64,000 nt of DNA. Origin: an uncultured delta proteobacterium (GTDB taxonomy: Bacteria; Desulfobacterota; Desulfuromonadia; Geobacterales; Pseudopelobacteraceae). The notes beneath the pieces were generated by a model. That model was not told the DNA's origin and made no database searches. It worked only from the letters and a program-made list of their open reading frames with translations. The stretch covers positions 288,001-352,000 of the forward strand of contig CAVYYZ010000011.1 in assembly GCA_963772835.1 (NCBI GenBank). The letters are read 5' to 3'. The position numbers and the translations under genes are program-made. Numbering within the stretch: the stretch's first letter is position 1; each line of letters starts with the position of its first letter. Below, one piece after another: positions 40,390-52,137 of this stretch.

Positions 40390-40395
40390 GTTTAT

Positions 40396-40470
40396 TGGCT
40401 GGGGCGCCAGGGATCGAACCTGGGAATGCCGGAATCAAAATCCGGTGCCTTACCGCTTGGCGACGCCCCA
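40396..40470 (-). tRNA. tRNA-Gln(TTG)
   Basis: TGGGGCGTCGCCAAGCGGTAAGGCA-CCGGA-TTTTGAT-TCCGG-CATTCCCAGGTTCGATCCCTGGCGCCCCAGCCA; downstream of ispE. Confidence 0.97.
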
Positions 40471-40491
40471 ATACAAATTATAAATTGCGTA

Positions 40492-41337
40492 CTATATGAG
40501 TGTTTCTGTAGTTACTGCAAACCAGTTTGTGTCCTTTGTAATTCCCCGGCGTGCAATCTCTGCAGTTTCAAAGCTTTTGAAAATACCAAAAACGGTCGAT
40601 CCGCTACCTGACATCAATGTACCAAATGCACCCAGATTTCTAAGTCGGGACTTGATGTCGGTAATTACCGGAAATGCCGGGATTGTAACCGATTCAAGAT
40701 CGTTTGATAAAATCGCGACAATCTGCTCAATTGACTCGAAAAACTGTGGCAGTCTATTCAGCTCACCCTTTCTTGTCAACTGTAAAGATCGATAAACCCA
40801 GGCAGTTGAAATATGAACACCGGGATTAACCAGTAGAATCCAACACTTCGGCATTTCTGGGAGAGCAGTAAGTTTCTCGCCTATTCCCTCAGCAAGTGCC
40901 GTTTGTTTAAATATAAAAAATGGGACATCCGCACCAAGTGTGCAACCAATCTCCATAAGTGACTGTTCAGTCAAGCCGAGTTGTAAAAGCTCATTTATTC
41001 CCATCAACACGGTTGCAGCGTCGCTGCTGCCACCTCCAAGGCCGGCGGCAACTGGGATGTTTTTAATTATTTCAATATTAATGCCGGTTTTGGATTCAGC
41101 TCGTTCTAGTAATACCCGCGCAGCTTTCCAGGCAATATTATCAGATCCGTTCGGCACACCTTTAGAGTTGCAGATCACGCGGATGCCCGGAAGGTGCGTC
41201 AGGGTAATGGTAATCTCATCGCATAAACTGACGCGCTGCATGACCATGCGCAGTTCATGATACCCATCAGGTCGCTTACCGATGACATCAAGGAGGTAGT
41301 TAATTTTTGCCGGTGCGGAAAGGGTCAGTGTATCCAA
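40492..41337 (-). CDS. ispE: 4-diphosphocytidyl-2-C-methyl-D-erythritol kinase
   Basis: APAKIN, RPDGYHEL, IPVAAGLGGGSSDAA, GADVPFF, MSGSGSTVF. Confidence 0.97.
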   Translation of the reverse strand: MDTLTLSAPAKINYLLDVIGKRPDGYHELRMVMQRVSLCDEITITLTHLPGIRVICNSKGVPNGSDNIAWKAARVLLERAESKTGINIEIIKNIPVAAGLGGGSSDAATVLMGINELLQLGLTEQSLMEIGCTLGADVPFFIFKQTALAEGIGEKLTALPEMPKCWILLVNPGVHISTAWVYRSLQLTRKGELNRLPQFFESIEQIVAILSNDLESVTIPAFPVITDIKSRLRNLGAFGTLMSGSGSTVFGIFKSFETAEIARRGITKDTNWFAVTTETLI

Positions 41338-41650
41338 GTGAACTCCAGTAGTGACAAGTTGTCAACCATGCTTGTTATAATGAATAAATAGTCAATTTGT
41401 CGAGCAGGAAGTGATTGGTGAGTGTGAATTTATGATCTGTACTTTACTACGTTACGACAGATACTGCTTTGAGGTTTTTAAACTCATATTTCCTGAACAG
41501 CATTATTTTAACCATCGGGTCCGGCATTGAATAGTTATGTAATTACGCGGTCAATTTGCCTTGGTACAACGTCATGAAATGAATTTGACAGTTTTACTGG
41601 CATTGTGCTACCTCTTGAGTGTTTTTATGTGAATGAAGGAGTTTGAGTAC

Positions 41651-42328
41651 ATGTTTAAAAATATTCGAGAAGACATCAACTCAGTATTTGAACGTGATCC
41701 GGCCGCTCGAAATGTATGGGAAATTGTTTTTTGCTATCCCGGCCTCCATGCACTCTGGTTCTATCGCATTGCCCATTGGCTCTGGATTCACGAATTCTTT
41801 TTTGCCGGTCGTTTTACTTCCCATATCGGTCGGTTCCTGACCGGAGTTGAAATCCATCCCGGGGCCAAGATCGGTCGTAAATTCTTTATTGATCATGGAA
41901 TGGGGGTTGTTATTGGTGAAACCGCAGAGATCGGTGATAATGTGACTCTCTACCACGGTGTCACTTTGGGAGGGGTCACCTGGGACAAGGTAAAAAGGCA
42001 CCCAACTCTTCAGGATAACGTAGTGATAGGTTCAGGTGCCAAGATCCTTGGGCCTTTTACGGTGGGGAAAGGGGCCAAGATCGGATCCAATTCGGTTGTT
42101 GTAAAGGCGGTTCCTGAGAATGCCACGGTGGTCGGTATCCCCGGCCGAATGGTTATGGAACAGGAGAAAAAAGATGTTGGCAGAGCCGACCTGCAGCATG
42201 GTCAACTGCCGGACCCTGAGGCAAAGGCGATTGCCTGTCTGTTCGATCAGATTCGTGAGCTTGAACGAAAATATGATGCTCTTGCCGCTGAACATGTTGA
42301 GCTGAAAAACAGGATCACCGCTAAATGA
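41651..42328 (+). CDS. cysE: Serine O-acetyltransferase
   Basis: [50 protein letters not shown]. Confidence 0.96.
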   Translation: MFKNIREDINSVFERDPAARNVWEIVFCYPGLHALWFYRIAHWLWIHEFFFAGRFTSHIGRFLTGVEIHPGAKIGRKFFIDHGMGVVIGETAEIGDNVTLYHGVTLGGVTWDKVKRHPTLQDNVVIGSGAKILGPFTVGKGAKIGSNSVVVKAVPENATVVGIPGRMVMEQEKKDVGRADLQHGQLPDPEAKAIACLFDQIRELERKYDALAAEHVELKNRITAK

Positions 42329-43152
42329 TAAAACGGCAAAGAACAATAAACAGCATTTTCAAGGTGTCCGGGATCGGTCTGCACAGTGGTCAGAACGTGA
42401 CGCTGGAGTTTCTCCCACGGCGTGAATTCGGCATCGCTTTTGTGTATAAAGACCAGCTTATACCTGCCCGCTACGATATGGTTGGTGACACACGCCTCTC
42501 TACACAGATCGGCCGCGACGGTGTTTCCGTTTCGACTATTGAACATCTTATGGCGGCGCTCTATTTTTCCGGCATCACGAATTGTCTTGTTTATATTGAC
42601 GGCCCTGAAGTTCCAATTCTGGACGGTTCAGCCTGGGAGTTCTATCAGGGGATGTGGAAGGCCGGGGTATATGAGTTTCCTGAGTCAGGAGTCTATCTGA
42701 AAGTGCTGCGCCCGATAGAAGTGCATCTCAACGATTCCTGGGTCAAAGTCAAGCCGCTTAATACTCTTGAAATCTCGATGTCAATCGAGTTTCGCCCTCC
42801 GGTGGGGAAACAGAAAAAACGGGTAACGGACGTAGAAAATGCTTTTGCTATAATAAATTCACGTACTTTTGTGCTGCAGGAAGAGATCGAAGCCATACGC
42901 AAGATCGGACTGGCTAGGGGAGGGTCACTTGACAATGCAGTTGTAATAGGAAGTGATGAAATTATGAATCCGCGCGGACTCCGGTATAAAAAAGAACTGG
43001 TTAATCACAAAATTCTTGACCTGATTGGTGATTTTTACACAAGCGGATATCGTATCCTTGGAAAAGTCGAGGCAAACAAAACGGGACACTATCTCAACAA
43101 TATGTTGCTTAAGGAACTTTTCTCAGATCCTCTGAATTATCACATCTATTGA
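42325..43152 (+). CDS. lpxC: UDP-3-O-acyl-N-acetylglucosamine deacetylase
   Basis: [49 protein letters not shown] overlap with cysE. Confidence 0.93.
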   Translation: MIKRQRTINSIFKVSGIGLHSGQNVTLEFLPRREFGIAFVYKDQLIPARYDMVGDTRLSTQIGRDGVSVSTIEHLMAALYFSGITNCLVYIDGPEVPILDGSAWEFYQGMWKAGVYEFPESGVYLKVLRPIEVHLNDSWVKVKPLNTLEISMSIEFRPPVGKQKKRVTDVENAFAIINSRTFVLQEEIEAIRKIGLARGGSLDNAVVIGSDEIMNPRGLRYKKELVNHKILDLIGDFYTSGYRILGKVEANKTGHYLNNMLLKELFSDPLNYHIY

Positions 43153-46100
43153 CCTAAAATCACCTCGCCGGTGTCAGTAAACAGCTTCACCGGTAATTGA
43201 AACGCTCTAATAAAAATATTCAGTATCCCCCTGCCCATCGATTTAACAGGGATAGCACTTACCTGAGGATCAGTCCATTTCCCCTTAGCCTCAAAATAAG
43301 CTGTCACCAGATTTTTATCTTTCCCGGTTAGAAGCCAGCCAACAATCGGTATGCGGTTGACAATCTTGTCCACAGTTTGAAGGGGTTGCGCTCCAAGGGT
43401 AAGATTCAGTTCTTCTTTTACAATATCAGCTGTTCCGATTATCGAAACATTGATGGCATTACTGTTTATAAACAGATCCTGAGTGGCAACAATTCCGTCT
43501 TTAACAGAAAAACTTCCTTTTATACTGCTGTAGGGCATGCCACCGGAAGCCATGTCAGGTAGCTTAAATTTGAGGAGCTGTGAAACATTTAAAATCGAAA
43601 AAACTTTAGCGAGTGAATTAAATCTTCGCAACTTTCCGTTGATCATACTGAGCCGAATATTCCCCAACGCACTCTTTTTGATATCAAGAAGTGTATTCCC
43701 GCGAGCTGTCAGGTCTCCCTGGAGTGTCAACGTACCCGTTGCCTCATGGGATATGTCAAGCGCCGCAAAAAGTTTTTCTGCATCAGTACGGGAAATATCG
43801 ATTGTCAGATCATAACGGTCTCCCTGGTCACCGGTCGGTGCAATTCTCCCCTTGGCAGTTAACGTGCCGCCATAAACCCCGGCTGTAAAGCTCTGTAGAT
43901 AAGTTGTGCCGTTTTCATGTTGAGCAGAAGCGTTCAATTTGCTGAATACCAAATCCCCGAAATTACCGGCTTCGACATTTAAGGCAAGCTTTACATCCAA
44001 ACCAGTACTTTTAGAACTGTCTCTCTTCTGAGATGATGACGAAAACATGCGCAGGTCATCCAGGTCGAGTTTTGAAGAAGTCACGGTAATGTTTGCCTGT
44101 GGAATGCGGCCCGTCAGATAAACTCCATTCAGGTTGAAATTTGAAGAGTTTATAAGTCCTGACACGCTTTTTAAGGAGACGGAATCCTTACGAAGAGAAA
44201 TGTTGGCATTGAAACGTCTGATACTGGTATCAGGACGACTTTCAGCCAGGTTCAGGTCTCGCAGGTATAATTGTGGTGATGAGAGAGTTATGTCACCTTC
44301 AGGGTTTTTCAGACTCTTGATATCGACCTTCATGGTGATCACTGAACTGCCGTAACGTGAAGCAATACGGGATGATTCCAGGCTGTTTCCCTTGAAAGTC
44401 AGTAAGCCGCTGATACCACTGATCTGCTTAAGCTGCTCATCCGGTTGGAAGCTTAACCGGTGAAGTTCTACAGTTCCAAAATAATCCATGGCGCTCATAT
44501 CCACTGGATCACCCCCACCTTTTATGTGAGCCTGCACCGTCCCCTCTATTTTATATTTTTGCCACATTGAGAGAATTGGCAGGGATTCACTCATGGAGAA
44601 CCTGTTGGTCTGGAGATCAAACCCGAGGTATGGTTTGTCTCCATAGCCGATAAGCCCGCTACCGGTGATGATCATCGGCTTAAAATTATAATTTATTGCA
44701 GTTATTTTTGTAGATTCCTTGCCAATAACAGCACTGAAATTAAGAGTATTCGGTATTGAGAACGGTTTATACACATAACCGGGTAAAGAGTAGGCCACTT
44801 GATTGAGGTCCCAGCCACCCGTAAGTTTATAGGCCGAATAATGACCGCCGCCGGTCAACCGTAACGAAGAGCTGTTACTGTACTCAAGTTTCGGAATGCC
44901 GGCAATTTTAGCCAGCCAGGCCATCTCAGGAGCGTGTGGAGAAATATTCATTTTCATAGGATAATCGGCCGGTTTGTCAGTATTGTATTCAGTGATTGAG
45001 CCGTCCAATGTAAAGGGGGATGTTCCGAAGTTTCCTGTCATGCCGACAAGATTGAAATTCTTACCTTTTAGTTCAATTATTCCCTTTAAGTCATTGAATG
45101 TTGGGGCTTTCGGGCCATAACTCAAGACTGCTTTCTCAACAGGGCCGCGAATCATGATGGTATTGCAGTTCTGGCCGATTTCCATATGAGTAATTTGACT
45201 TATTCTACCGTCCAGAACTCCGGTATCAAGCTTGAATATTCCTGTTTTAATCTTGTTTTCAATATAATCGGCGGTGTCGCTATCAATGATTCCGTAAGGC
45301 ACATAATTTCTAACATCCTCGTAACGGAATGTTGATGGTGTACTGGCTTTGGCTATGATGCGCGGATCTTTAGTCAGGTAATCCTGCAACTTAAAGTTAC
45401 CTTTGATCTTGAACCCTTCCATGCTGAGATCCACGGCGGAAATGTCAATCAGTTGCTTTGATACAGTCGCTTTATACTCAAGCTGAAGGGACTTGGGTGA
45501 TAGATCCGCATGAAATACTCTCGGCCACCTGAAAGTCGCACCACTTATCAGAATATTACCTTTAGAAGAAAATTCCAGCATCGTTCCCTTGAAGCTGGTA
45601 GCAATATCCAGTCGCCCACCGGTGTTTACAAACGGAATAAACCGTCCAAAATATGGCCAGAATCTGCCGATATCGGCCTTTTTAACAGACAGATCGCAAT
45701 TCAAGTCAGTTTCCAGTATAGATGTACCTTCCCGGGGAACGTTTAAGGCTCCTGAAAGAGAGATATGAGTGGGGTCACCACTAATATCAGGAATGTCTGC
45801 AGTCACTTTGAGATGCCCGTTTAGTCCGCGGCCTATATGGTTCGCAGTGAGGGAAATATTGCGTAGAGCAGTAGTAAAGGGATCTTTTCTGCCCGCCATA
45901 TCACTCCAGAGTACAGCACCTTTGGTAATGCGTATTTTTTTGAAATTTATTCGTGCGTTATCCCCGTCTTGTTTTATCAAATCATCAATATTGTATGTAC
46001 CGTCATAGTTGCGGATCACAGAAACAGTCGCTCCATCCAAAATCAGGTTTTTTAATTCTACCTTTTTTTCCAGCAAAGGCATCAGGGCCAGTTGCACGGT

Positions 46101-46373
46101 TATTTGTCGAGCGGTAATAAAGTCTGAGTTACCGTCCCGTTCCTTGACTAAAAATGTCTTGAATTCAAACGATGGTCCGAAATGCCATGCAAATGATCCG
46201 GACGTAAAGCTGACAGGTCGATTGAGGCTTTGTTGAAGAGCCGCTACAATTTCAGTACGGTAGGCATTTACGTCCAACAGGTAGGGAAGGAAAAAAGCCG
46301 TGGCGGTCAATAGTGAAGCGACTGCTGTAAGCAGAACACCGGATAGTTTTATAAATCGGGAAGACATCTTCAC
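43146..46373 (-). CDS. AsmA/YhdP-like large envelope protein
   Basis: N-terminal TM anchor plus YRTEIVAALQQSLNRPV; beta-rich repeats; AsmA_2-like C-terminus (IPIVGWLLTG, F.AKG.WTDP.V). Confidence 0.85.
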   Translation of the reverse strand: MKMSSRFIKLSGVLLTAVASLLTATAFFLPYLLDVNAYRTEIVAALQQSLNRPVSFTSGSFAWHFGPSFEFKTFLVKERDGNSDFITARQITVQLALMPLLEKKVELKNLILDGATVSVIRNYDGTYNIDDLIKQDGDNARINFKKIRITKGAVLWSDMAGRKDPFTTALRNISLTANHIGRGLNGHLKVTADIPDISGDPTHISLSGALNVPREGTSILETDLNCDLSVKKADIGRFWPYFGRFIPFVNTGGRLDIATSFKGTMLEFSSKGNILISGATFRWPRVFHADLSPKSLQLEYKATVSKQLIDISAVDLSMEGFKIKGNFKLQDYLTKDPRIIAKASTPSTFRYEDVRNYVPYGIIDSDTADYIENKIKTGIFKLDTGVLDGRISQITHMEIGQNCNTIMIRGPVEKAVLSYGPKAPTFNDLKGIIELKGKNFNLVGMTGNFGTSPFTLDGSITEYNTDKPADYPMKMNISPHAPEMAWLAKIAGIPKLEYSNSSSLRLTGGGHYSAYKLTGGWDLNQVAYSLPGYVYKPFSIPNTLNFSAVIGKESTKITAINYNFKPMIITGSGLIGYGDKPYLGFDLQTNRFSMSESLPILSMWQKYKIEGTVQAHIKGGGDPVDMSAMDYFGTVELHRLSFQPDEQLKQISGISGLLTFKGNSLESSRIASRYGSSVITMKVDIKSLKNPEGDITLSSPQLYLRDLNLAESRPDTSIRRFNANISLRKDSVSLKSVSGLINSSNFNLNGVYLTGRIPQANITVTSSKLDLDDLRMFSSSSQKRDSSKSTGLDVKLALNVEAGNFGDLVFSKLNASAQHENGTTYLQSFTAGVYGGTLTAKGRIAPTGDQGDRYDLTIDISRTDAEKLFAALDISHEATGTLTLQGDLTARGNTLLDIKKSALGNIRLSMINGKLRRFNSLAKVFSILNVSQLLKFKLPDMASGGMPYSSIKGSFSVKDGIVATQDLFINSNAINVSIIGTADIVKEELNLTLGAQPLQTVDKIVNRIPIVGWLLTGKDKNLVTAYFEAKGKWTDPQVSAIPVKSMGRGILNIFIRAFQLPVKLFTDTGEVILGQ

Positions 46374-47692
46374 AACAGTGGTTCCCCTGCTGTTACCCTG
46401 ACGCGACGGATTCTTTTCCGGTCAACACTTTCTACCGTGAAACGGGTATTCTCAAATACGATACTTTCACCCTGCTGTAACAGTCGTCCGGCCTGTGCGA
46501 GCAGGAAGCCGGCAATCGTAGTATAGGGAGCATCTTCCGGCAGCGACAGATTGAGCCTGAGATTTACTTCTCTCATGGTCAGCATTCCATCAAGCAGAAA
46601 ATCATTGTTATCCTCTACACATTGATCAGGTGAGATGTCATCATACTCATCATCTATCTCGCCCACTATCTCCTCAAGCAGATCTTCCAGAGTAATAATT
46701 CCTTCAAAGCCACCATATTCATCTACAACAAAAATCATGTGGGTGCGTGTCGACTGCATCTGTTTCAAGGCTGCGCTTAACTGGGCATTGGAAGGAATAA
46801 AGCTGGGATGGTGAATGAGTGAGGCAAGATTGAAGTCGGGAGTATGCGCATGTGACAGGTACGGTTCAAGATCCCTTCTGACAACAATGCCGATAATATT
46901 GTCGAGTTGGTCCTGATATACCGGTATTCTTGAATAACCAAGCGAATTAAAGGCGGTTAAAGTCTCATTAAGAGTCGCTGAAGCAGGAAGGGCGGTAACT
47001 GCATTTCGAGGAATCATCACTTCTTGAACTTCCGAGTCTGAAAATTCAAAGATGCGGTGAAGCAGCTGCTGTTCGTCTGCCTCCAGTGTGCCACTCGTGT
47101 GAGATATGTTAATAATCTGTCTCAATTCATCTACGGTATATACGCTGGAATGGTCCGGTGAACTCTGCAATCCAAATAATCTAACCGTGCTTCTGCCGGC
47201 AAAATCAAGCAAGCGTATCGGCCAACTGAACAAAGTGTGAAAAAGTCTCAGCGGCCATGCCACTGCCAGAGCAACCCGTTCCGCCCGGTCCAGTGCCAGT
47301 GTTTTTGGAGCAAGCTCACCAAGTACAATGTGCAGAAAAGTTATAATGGTAAAAGCACCGGCTATAGCTATCGTGTGGCGTACAGTGTCGGTTACAAGGC
47401 CATGAAGTGGAGTTTCCAACAGCTTTGATAGTGCCGGTTCACCTACCCATCCTAATGCCAGCGAAGCCATAGTGATGCCGAGTTGAGTCGCAGAAATATA
47501 GGTGTTCAGATTGTCGAGTAATCCAAGCAGTGTAACGGCACGAGTATCACCACTTTCCACAAGAGAGACCACGCGAGATCTGCGAACCGAAACGAGTGAA
47601 AATTCAGCGGCAACGAAAAACCCGTTTGCGGTCACCAGCAGTAGTACAAAAAAGAGATAGAGTAACGTATAATTCATGGCTGCATATTCCAT
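46370..47692 (-). CDS. HlyC/CorC family (CNNM + CBS + CorC) transporter-associated protein
   Basis: NGFFVAAEFS, TQLGIT, GELAPK, YSRIPVY, VVDEYGG, EDLLEEIVGEI. Confidence 0.93.
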   Translation of the reverse strand: MEYAAMNYTLLYLFFVLLLVTANGFFVAAEFSLVSVRRSRVVSLVESGDTRAVTLLGLLDNLNTYISATQLGITMASLALGWVGEPALSKLLETPLHGLVTDTVRHTIAIAGAFTIITFLHIVLGELAPKTLALDRAERVALAVAWPLRLFHTLFSWPIRLLDFAGRSTVRLFGLQSSPDHSSVYTVDELRQIINISHTSGTLEADEQQLLHRIFEFSDSEVQEVMIPRNAVTALPASATLNETLTAFNSLGYSRIPVYQDQLDNIIGIVVRRDLEPYLSHAHTPDFNLASLIHHPSFIPSNAQLSAALKQMQSTRTHMIFVVDEYGGFEGIITLEDLLEEIVGEIDDEYDDISPDQCVEDNNDFLLDGMLTMREVNLRLNLSLPEDAPYTTIAGFLLAQAGRLLQQGESIVFENTRFTVESVDRKRIRRVRVTAGEPLL

Positions 47693-47807
47693 CCGGAAGT
47701 GAACGATGTCAACTGCAACATTACAATTATTATTATCGTTTGACCGACACTATGAATTCATGCTAGTTTTTTTACAAATATTTTATTTGAACTGGAAGTT
47801 TACCCCG

Positions 47808-49514
47808 ATGTATATGCGGCTGATGATACTGCTCTTATTCCTTTTTTTATCCGCGTGTTCCGGTATCAATACAGTGCCGGAAACCGCCACGTCCCCAACT
47901 CCAAAAATCCACGATAATCATGCCCGCTCACTGTATCTGTATTCACGTGCGAGGATTGCAGTCCTGGAAGGTGACTACCCCGCGGCACTGAATCTTCTGC
48001 GCGAGGCGATCACGCTCGAACCGGAGTCAGCTATTCTTCACGGAGAAGTTGCCGATATAAAACTCAAAATCGGCCAGATACCCGAAGCCCTTGAATATAT
48101 CAACAAGGCAATTGCCCTTGATCCTACTTATCGCCCACCGTATGTGCTGGGGGGCGTCTTGATGTCTTCGGTAGGTAAAGATTTGGAAGCGGCAGAATAC
48201 CTGCGTAAAGCCGTTAAAATTGATCCATCCAAGGAAGATGCGTATCTTCACCTGGCTTTGTCTCTTACACGCCTGTTTGAGTATGAAGAAGCTGTCACTG
48301 CGCTCAAAGCGCTGGTCAAAATCAATCCTGATTCCATTCTCGGGTATTATTATCTGGGACGTACCTATAGCCAGATGAAACTCTTTCGGGATGCTCTCGG
48401 TTATTTTTCAAAAGTTTTGGAACTGAGGCCTGAATTTGACCAGGCAGTCATCGATAAAGCTGCAACATACGAAGCAATGGGCGATTATTCTCAGGCAATA
48501 GACACCTACCGTACCCTGCTTGACCGAGATGAACATCGGGTCGCTGTACTTCAGCGCCTGACCCAGTTACTGCTCCAGCAGCGCAGATTTGCTGAAGCAC
48601 TGGAATATCTCAAGTTATCAGCTCAAGCCGGCCTGGGCGGTCGAGAAACAATCCGAAAAATCGGATTGGTTCATCTCGAGCTTGAACAGTATGACGCTGC
48701 GATTGCAGTTTTTGGTGATATGCTTGCTAAAGATCCATCAGCTGAGAATATTCGACTTTATAGCGGCATTGCCTATGAGGAAAAAGGTGATCTGAATAAA
48801 GCTTATTCTGAGTTCAGTAAGGTCTCTCACAGTTCTCCCCAGTATTTTGAAGCGGTCAGTCATATCGCATTGATACTGAAGGAACAGGGTAAATCAGACA
48901 CGGCAATTTCGGTTTTAAAAGAAGCCATTACTGCCAATCCAGAAAGTCTCGAGCTGTATCTGAATTTATCCTCTCTCTATGAATCTATAAACAGGCCTCA
49001 AGCCGGCCTCGAAATTCTGATCGAGAATGAACAGCGCTTCCAGAAAGATCCCCGCCTGCATTTCCGAGTCGGAGTACTGCTTGACAAAATGGGTAAACGT
49101 GCTGAATCAATCGATCGGATGAAACAAGTATTGCTGCTTGATCCAAATGATGCCCAGGCACTCAATTATCTCGGGTATTCCTATGCAGAAATGGGAATAC
49201 ACCTTGAGGAAGCACTGAAATATATCAAACAGGCTATTGCGATACGCCCGCGTGATGCGTTTATACTTGACAGCCTCGGTTGGACCTACTTCAAGCTCAA
49301 ACGCTATGATGATGCAGTTAAGGCTCTGGAAGAGGCAATTAGCCTTGTCGGTGATGATTCTACAATTGTTGAACATCTGGGTGATGTATATGCAGCCCGC
49401 AGGGCTGTTAAAAAAGCGCTGAAACTGTATCACAGGGCCCTGGAGCTAACCCCTGAGCGTAAAGAGCTGGTTGAAAAGATACATAAGCTTAAAGGGGAGC
49501 AAAGCGAAAAATGA
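47808..49514 (+). CDS. TPR-repeat lipoprotein
   Basis: Lipobox LSAC; many TPRs; ALNYLGYSYAE and ILDSLGW motifs. Confidence 0.88.
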   Translation: MYMRLMILLLFLFLSACSGINTVPETATSPTPKIHDNHARSLYLYSRARIAVLEGDYPAALNLLREAITLEPESAILHGEVADIKLKIGQIPEALEYINKAIALDPTYRPPYVLGGVLMSSVGKDLEAAEYLRKAVKIDPSKEDAYLHLALSLTRLFEYEEAVTALKALVKINPDSILGYYYLGRTYSQMKLFRDALGYFSKVLELRPEFDQAVIDKAATYEAMGDYSQAIDTYRTLLDRDEHRVAVLQRLTQLLLQQRRFAEALEYLKLSAQAGLGGRETIRKIGLVHLELEQYDAAIAVFGDMLAKDPSAENIRLYSGIAYEEKGDLNKAYSEFSKVSHSSPQYFEAVSHIALILKEQGKSDTAISVLKEAITANPESLELYLNLSSLYESINRPQAGLEILIENEQRFQKDPRLHFRVGVLLDKMGKRAESIDRMKQVLLLDPNDAQALNYLGYSYAEMGIHLEEALKYIKQAIAIRPRDAFILDSLGWTYFKLKRYDDAVKALEEAISLVGDDSTIVEHLGDVYAARRAVKKALKLYHRALELTPERKELVEKIHKLKGEQSEK

Positions 49515-51151
49515 TACTGTCGCCGGGCGCGCGATGCCTGCTTTTGGCGCTGTTCTGCAATGTCGTACTTTTGGCGTGCGACCGCTCTGAGACTCAACCT
49601 GCTCCTGTCGCTGCTGTATCATCAGCCAATCCTGCCGTTGCAACCGGCGATTCAATCGTTGAAGGCACCATTGGAGAAGCTTCCACCCTCATTCCTCTCC
49701 TCGCAACAGATGCTTCATCTCATGCTGTAGCCGGGCAGATCTATAACGGGCTTGTCAAGTATGACAAAAATCTGAATATTGTTGGAGATCTGGCAAAATC
49801 GTTTACAATTTCCTCTGACGGCCTGGTAATAATATTTCATCTCCATCCCGGTGTGAAGTGGCATGATGGCGCTCCGCTGACTTCAAGGGATGTACTGTAC
49901 ACATATCAGGTCACGATAGATCCTAAAACCCCTACCGCGTACGCCGAAGACTTTAAACAGGTTAAAAACATTACGGCTCTTGATTCTCTTACAATACGTG
50001 TGACGTACGACTCGCCCTTTGCACCTGCCCTGGCGTCATGGGGAGTAAATATTCTTCCTGCCCATCTTCTGGAAGGGAAGGATATTGCCACAAGTCCTCT
50101 GGCTCGAAAGCCGGTTGGTACCGGACCCTATCGCTTCAATGAGTGGGTGCCAGGACAAAAAATAGTTTTGGAAGCAAACAAGGAATATTTTGAGGGTCGG
50201 CCTTATATTGATCGTTACATTTATCGAATAATTCCAGACAGTTCCACCATGTACATGGAACTGAAAGCAGGCGGAATTGATCTGATGAACCTGACTCCGG
50301 TTCAGTACGCACGCCAGACTACTGCAAAAAGCTTTACAAGCCGTTTCAACAAATTCCGCTATCCTTCATCCAGTTATTTGTACATGGGCTATAATCTGCG
50401 TCACCCTCTCTTCCGTGACAAGCGTATCCGCCAGGCTATGACCGCTGCAATCAACAAGGACGAGTTGATTCAAGGGGTGCTGTTCGGGATGGGGCAAAAG
50501 GCGTATGGCCCCATTGTCCCAGGTCGCTGGGCCTATAACCCTGCGGTCAAGGACATCGTATATGATCCGAAGCATGCCGCAGAGTTATTAGCACAGGCAG
50601 GTTGGACTCAAAAAAACAGCGACGGTATCCTTGTAAAGGATGGCAAGCCATTCAAGTTTACCATTTTAACAAATCAGGGGAACCAGCAGCGCCTTATGAC
50701 CGCACAGATAGTTCAGCAGCGCCTGCGACTGGTCGGAATAGACGTCAAGATCAGGGTTGTTGAGTGGGCCGCCTTTTTGAAAGAATTCGTAAACAAGGGG
50801 AATTTTGAAGTAGTCATGCTGGCCTGGAGTATCTCGCAAGACCCGGATATGTACGATATTTGGCATTCAAGCAAAAATAAGCCGGGTGAATTGAATTTTA
50901 TCGGCTTCAATAATTCTGAAGTCGACCGCCTGTTGATTGAAGGGCGTAACACTTTTGATATTGAAAAGCGCAAGCGTGCTTATTTTCGAATTCAGGAAAT
51001 TCTGGCGGATGAACAGCCATATACCTTCCTGTACGTGCCTGATTCGCTGCCGGTAGTAAGTTCTCGAATCCGTGGCGTTGAACCGTCTCCGGCCGGCATC
51101 GGTCATAACCAGATTCGCTGGTATGTGCCGAAAAACGAGCAGGTGTATTAA
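49511..51151 (+). CDS. Peptide ABC transporter substrate-binding lipoprotein (SBP family 5)
   Basis: Lipobox [22 protein letters not shown]. Confidence 0.92.
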   Translation: MILSPGARCLLLALFCNVVLLACDRSETQPAPVAAVSSANPAVATGDSIVEGTIGEASTLIPLLATDASSHAVAGQIYNGLVKYDKNLNIVGDLAKSFTISSDGLVIIFHLHPGVKWHDGAPLTSRDVLYTYQVTIDPKTPTAYAEDFKQVKNITALDSLTIRVTYDSPFAPALASWGVNILPAHLLEGKDIATSPLARKPVGTGPYRFNEWVPGQKIVLEANKEYFEGRPYIDRYIYRIIPDSSTMYMELKAGGIDLMNLTPVQYARQTTAKSFTSRFNKFRYPSSSYLYMGYNLRHPLFRDKRIRQAMTAAINKDELIQGVLFGMGQKAYGPIVPGRWAYNPAVKDIVYDPKHAAELLAQAGWTQKNSDGILVKDGKPFKFTILTNQGNQQRLMTAQIVQQRLRLVGIDVKIRVVEWAAFLKEFVNKGNFEVVMLAWSISQDPDMYDIWHSSKNKPGELNFIGFNNSEVDRLLIEGRNTFDIEKRKRAYFRIQEILADEQPYTFLYVPDSLPVVSSRIRGVEPSPAGIGHNQIRWYVPKNEQVY

Positions 51152-51152
51152 A

Positions 51153-52133
51153 ATGACCAGTTATCTCTGTAAGCGAATTCTTATGTTAATTCCCATGATG
51201 ATCGGAATTACGTTGATCACCTTTTCCGTTATTCATCTTGCTCCCGGCGAACCGGTCGAGATGCAGATGGCGATGAACCCAAAAGTTGGCAAAGAGGCGA
51301 GAGAGCGACTCACCAAATTTTACGGTCTTGATAAACCGCTGCCTGAGCAGTACTTCACCTGGGTTGGTAAAATTGTGCGGCTTGATCTGGGACGGTCTTT
51401 TTCATCGGATAATCGCCCGGTCATGGACAAAATCAAAGAGCGTCTGCCTGTTACCATATCCTTGAATGTGATAGCACTGCTACTCGAATTCGGCTTGGCG
51501 ATACCAATCGGAGTTTTAGCGGCAACAAGGCGTGATACATGGCTTGACAAAGGTATTACAGTATTTGTGTTTGTCGGTTTTGCCGTGCCGACCTTCTGGC
51601 TGGCACTGTTACTCATGTATTTTTTCGGAGTCAAATTGGGATGGCTTCCCATCTCAGGTCTTCATTCACTCGGGAGTGATTCGTGGGGAATGGTCAGGTA
51701 TTTGACTGATCTGGCGAAGCATCTGGTCATGCCGGTCATGGTGGCTTCTTTCGGCAGTCTGGCAGGTCTTTCGCGGTATATGCGCTCTGCCATGCTGAAC
51801 GTCATCAGCCAGGATTACATAACTACCGCTCGCGCAAAAGGTCTCTCCGAGCGGGTTGTTATCTGGAAACATGCCCTGCGCAATGCCCTGCTGCCGCTGA
51901 TAACGCTGCTTGGATTTTCTATACCTGGTTTGATTGGAGGAAGCGTAATTTTTGAAACAATTTATGCCATTCCGGGGATGGGACAGCTTTTTTATCAGGG
52001 GGTCATGTCTCGTGACTATCCGGTGGTCATGGGGATTCTGGTAATCGGTGCGTTTTTAACACTGATCGGTAATCTGATAGCAGATCTCAGCTATGCACTG
52101 GCTGATCCGCGTATCCGACATGGAGAGGGGTAG
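51153..52133 (+). CDS. Peptide ABC transporter permease (OppB/DppB-like)
   Basis: [37 protein letters not shown]. Confidence 0.93.
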   Translation: MTSYLCKRILMLIPMMIGITLITFSVIHLAPGEPVEMQMAMNPKVGKEARERLTKFYGLDKPLPEQYFTWVGKIVRLDLGRSFSSDNRPVMDKIKERLPVTISLNVIALLLEFGLAIPIGVLAATRRDTWLDKGITVFVFVGFAVPTFWLALLLMYFFGVKLGWLPISGLHSLGSDSWGMVRYLTDLAKHLVMPVMVASFGSLAGLSRYMRSAMLNVISQDYITTARAKGLSERVVIWKHALRNALLPLITLLGFSIPGLIGGSVIFETIYAIPGMGQLFYQGVMSRDYPVVMGILVIGAFLTLIGNLIADLSYALADPRIRHGEG

Positions 52134-52137
52134 GGTG

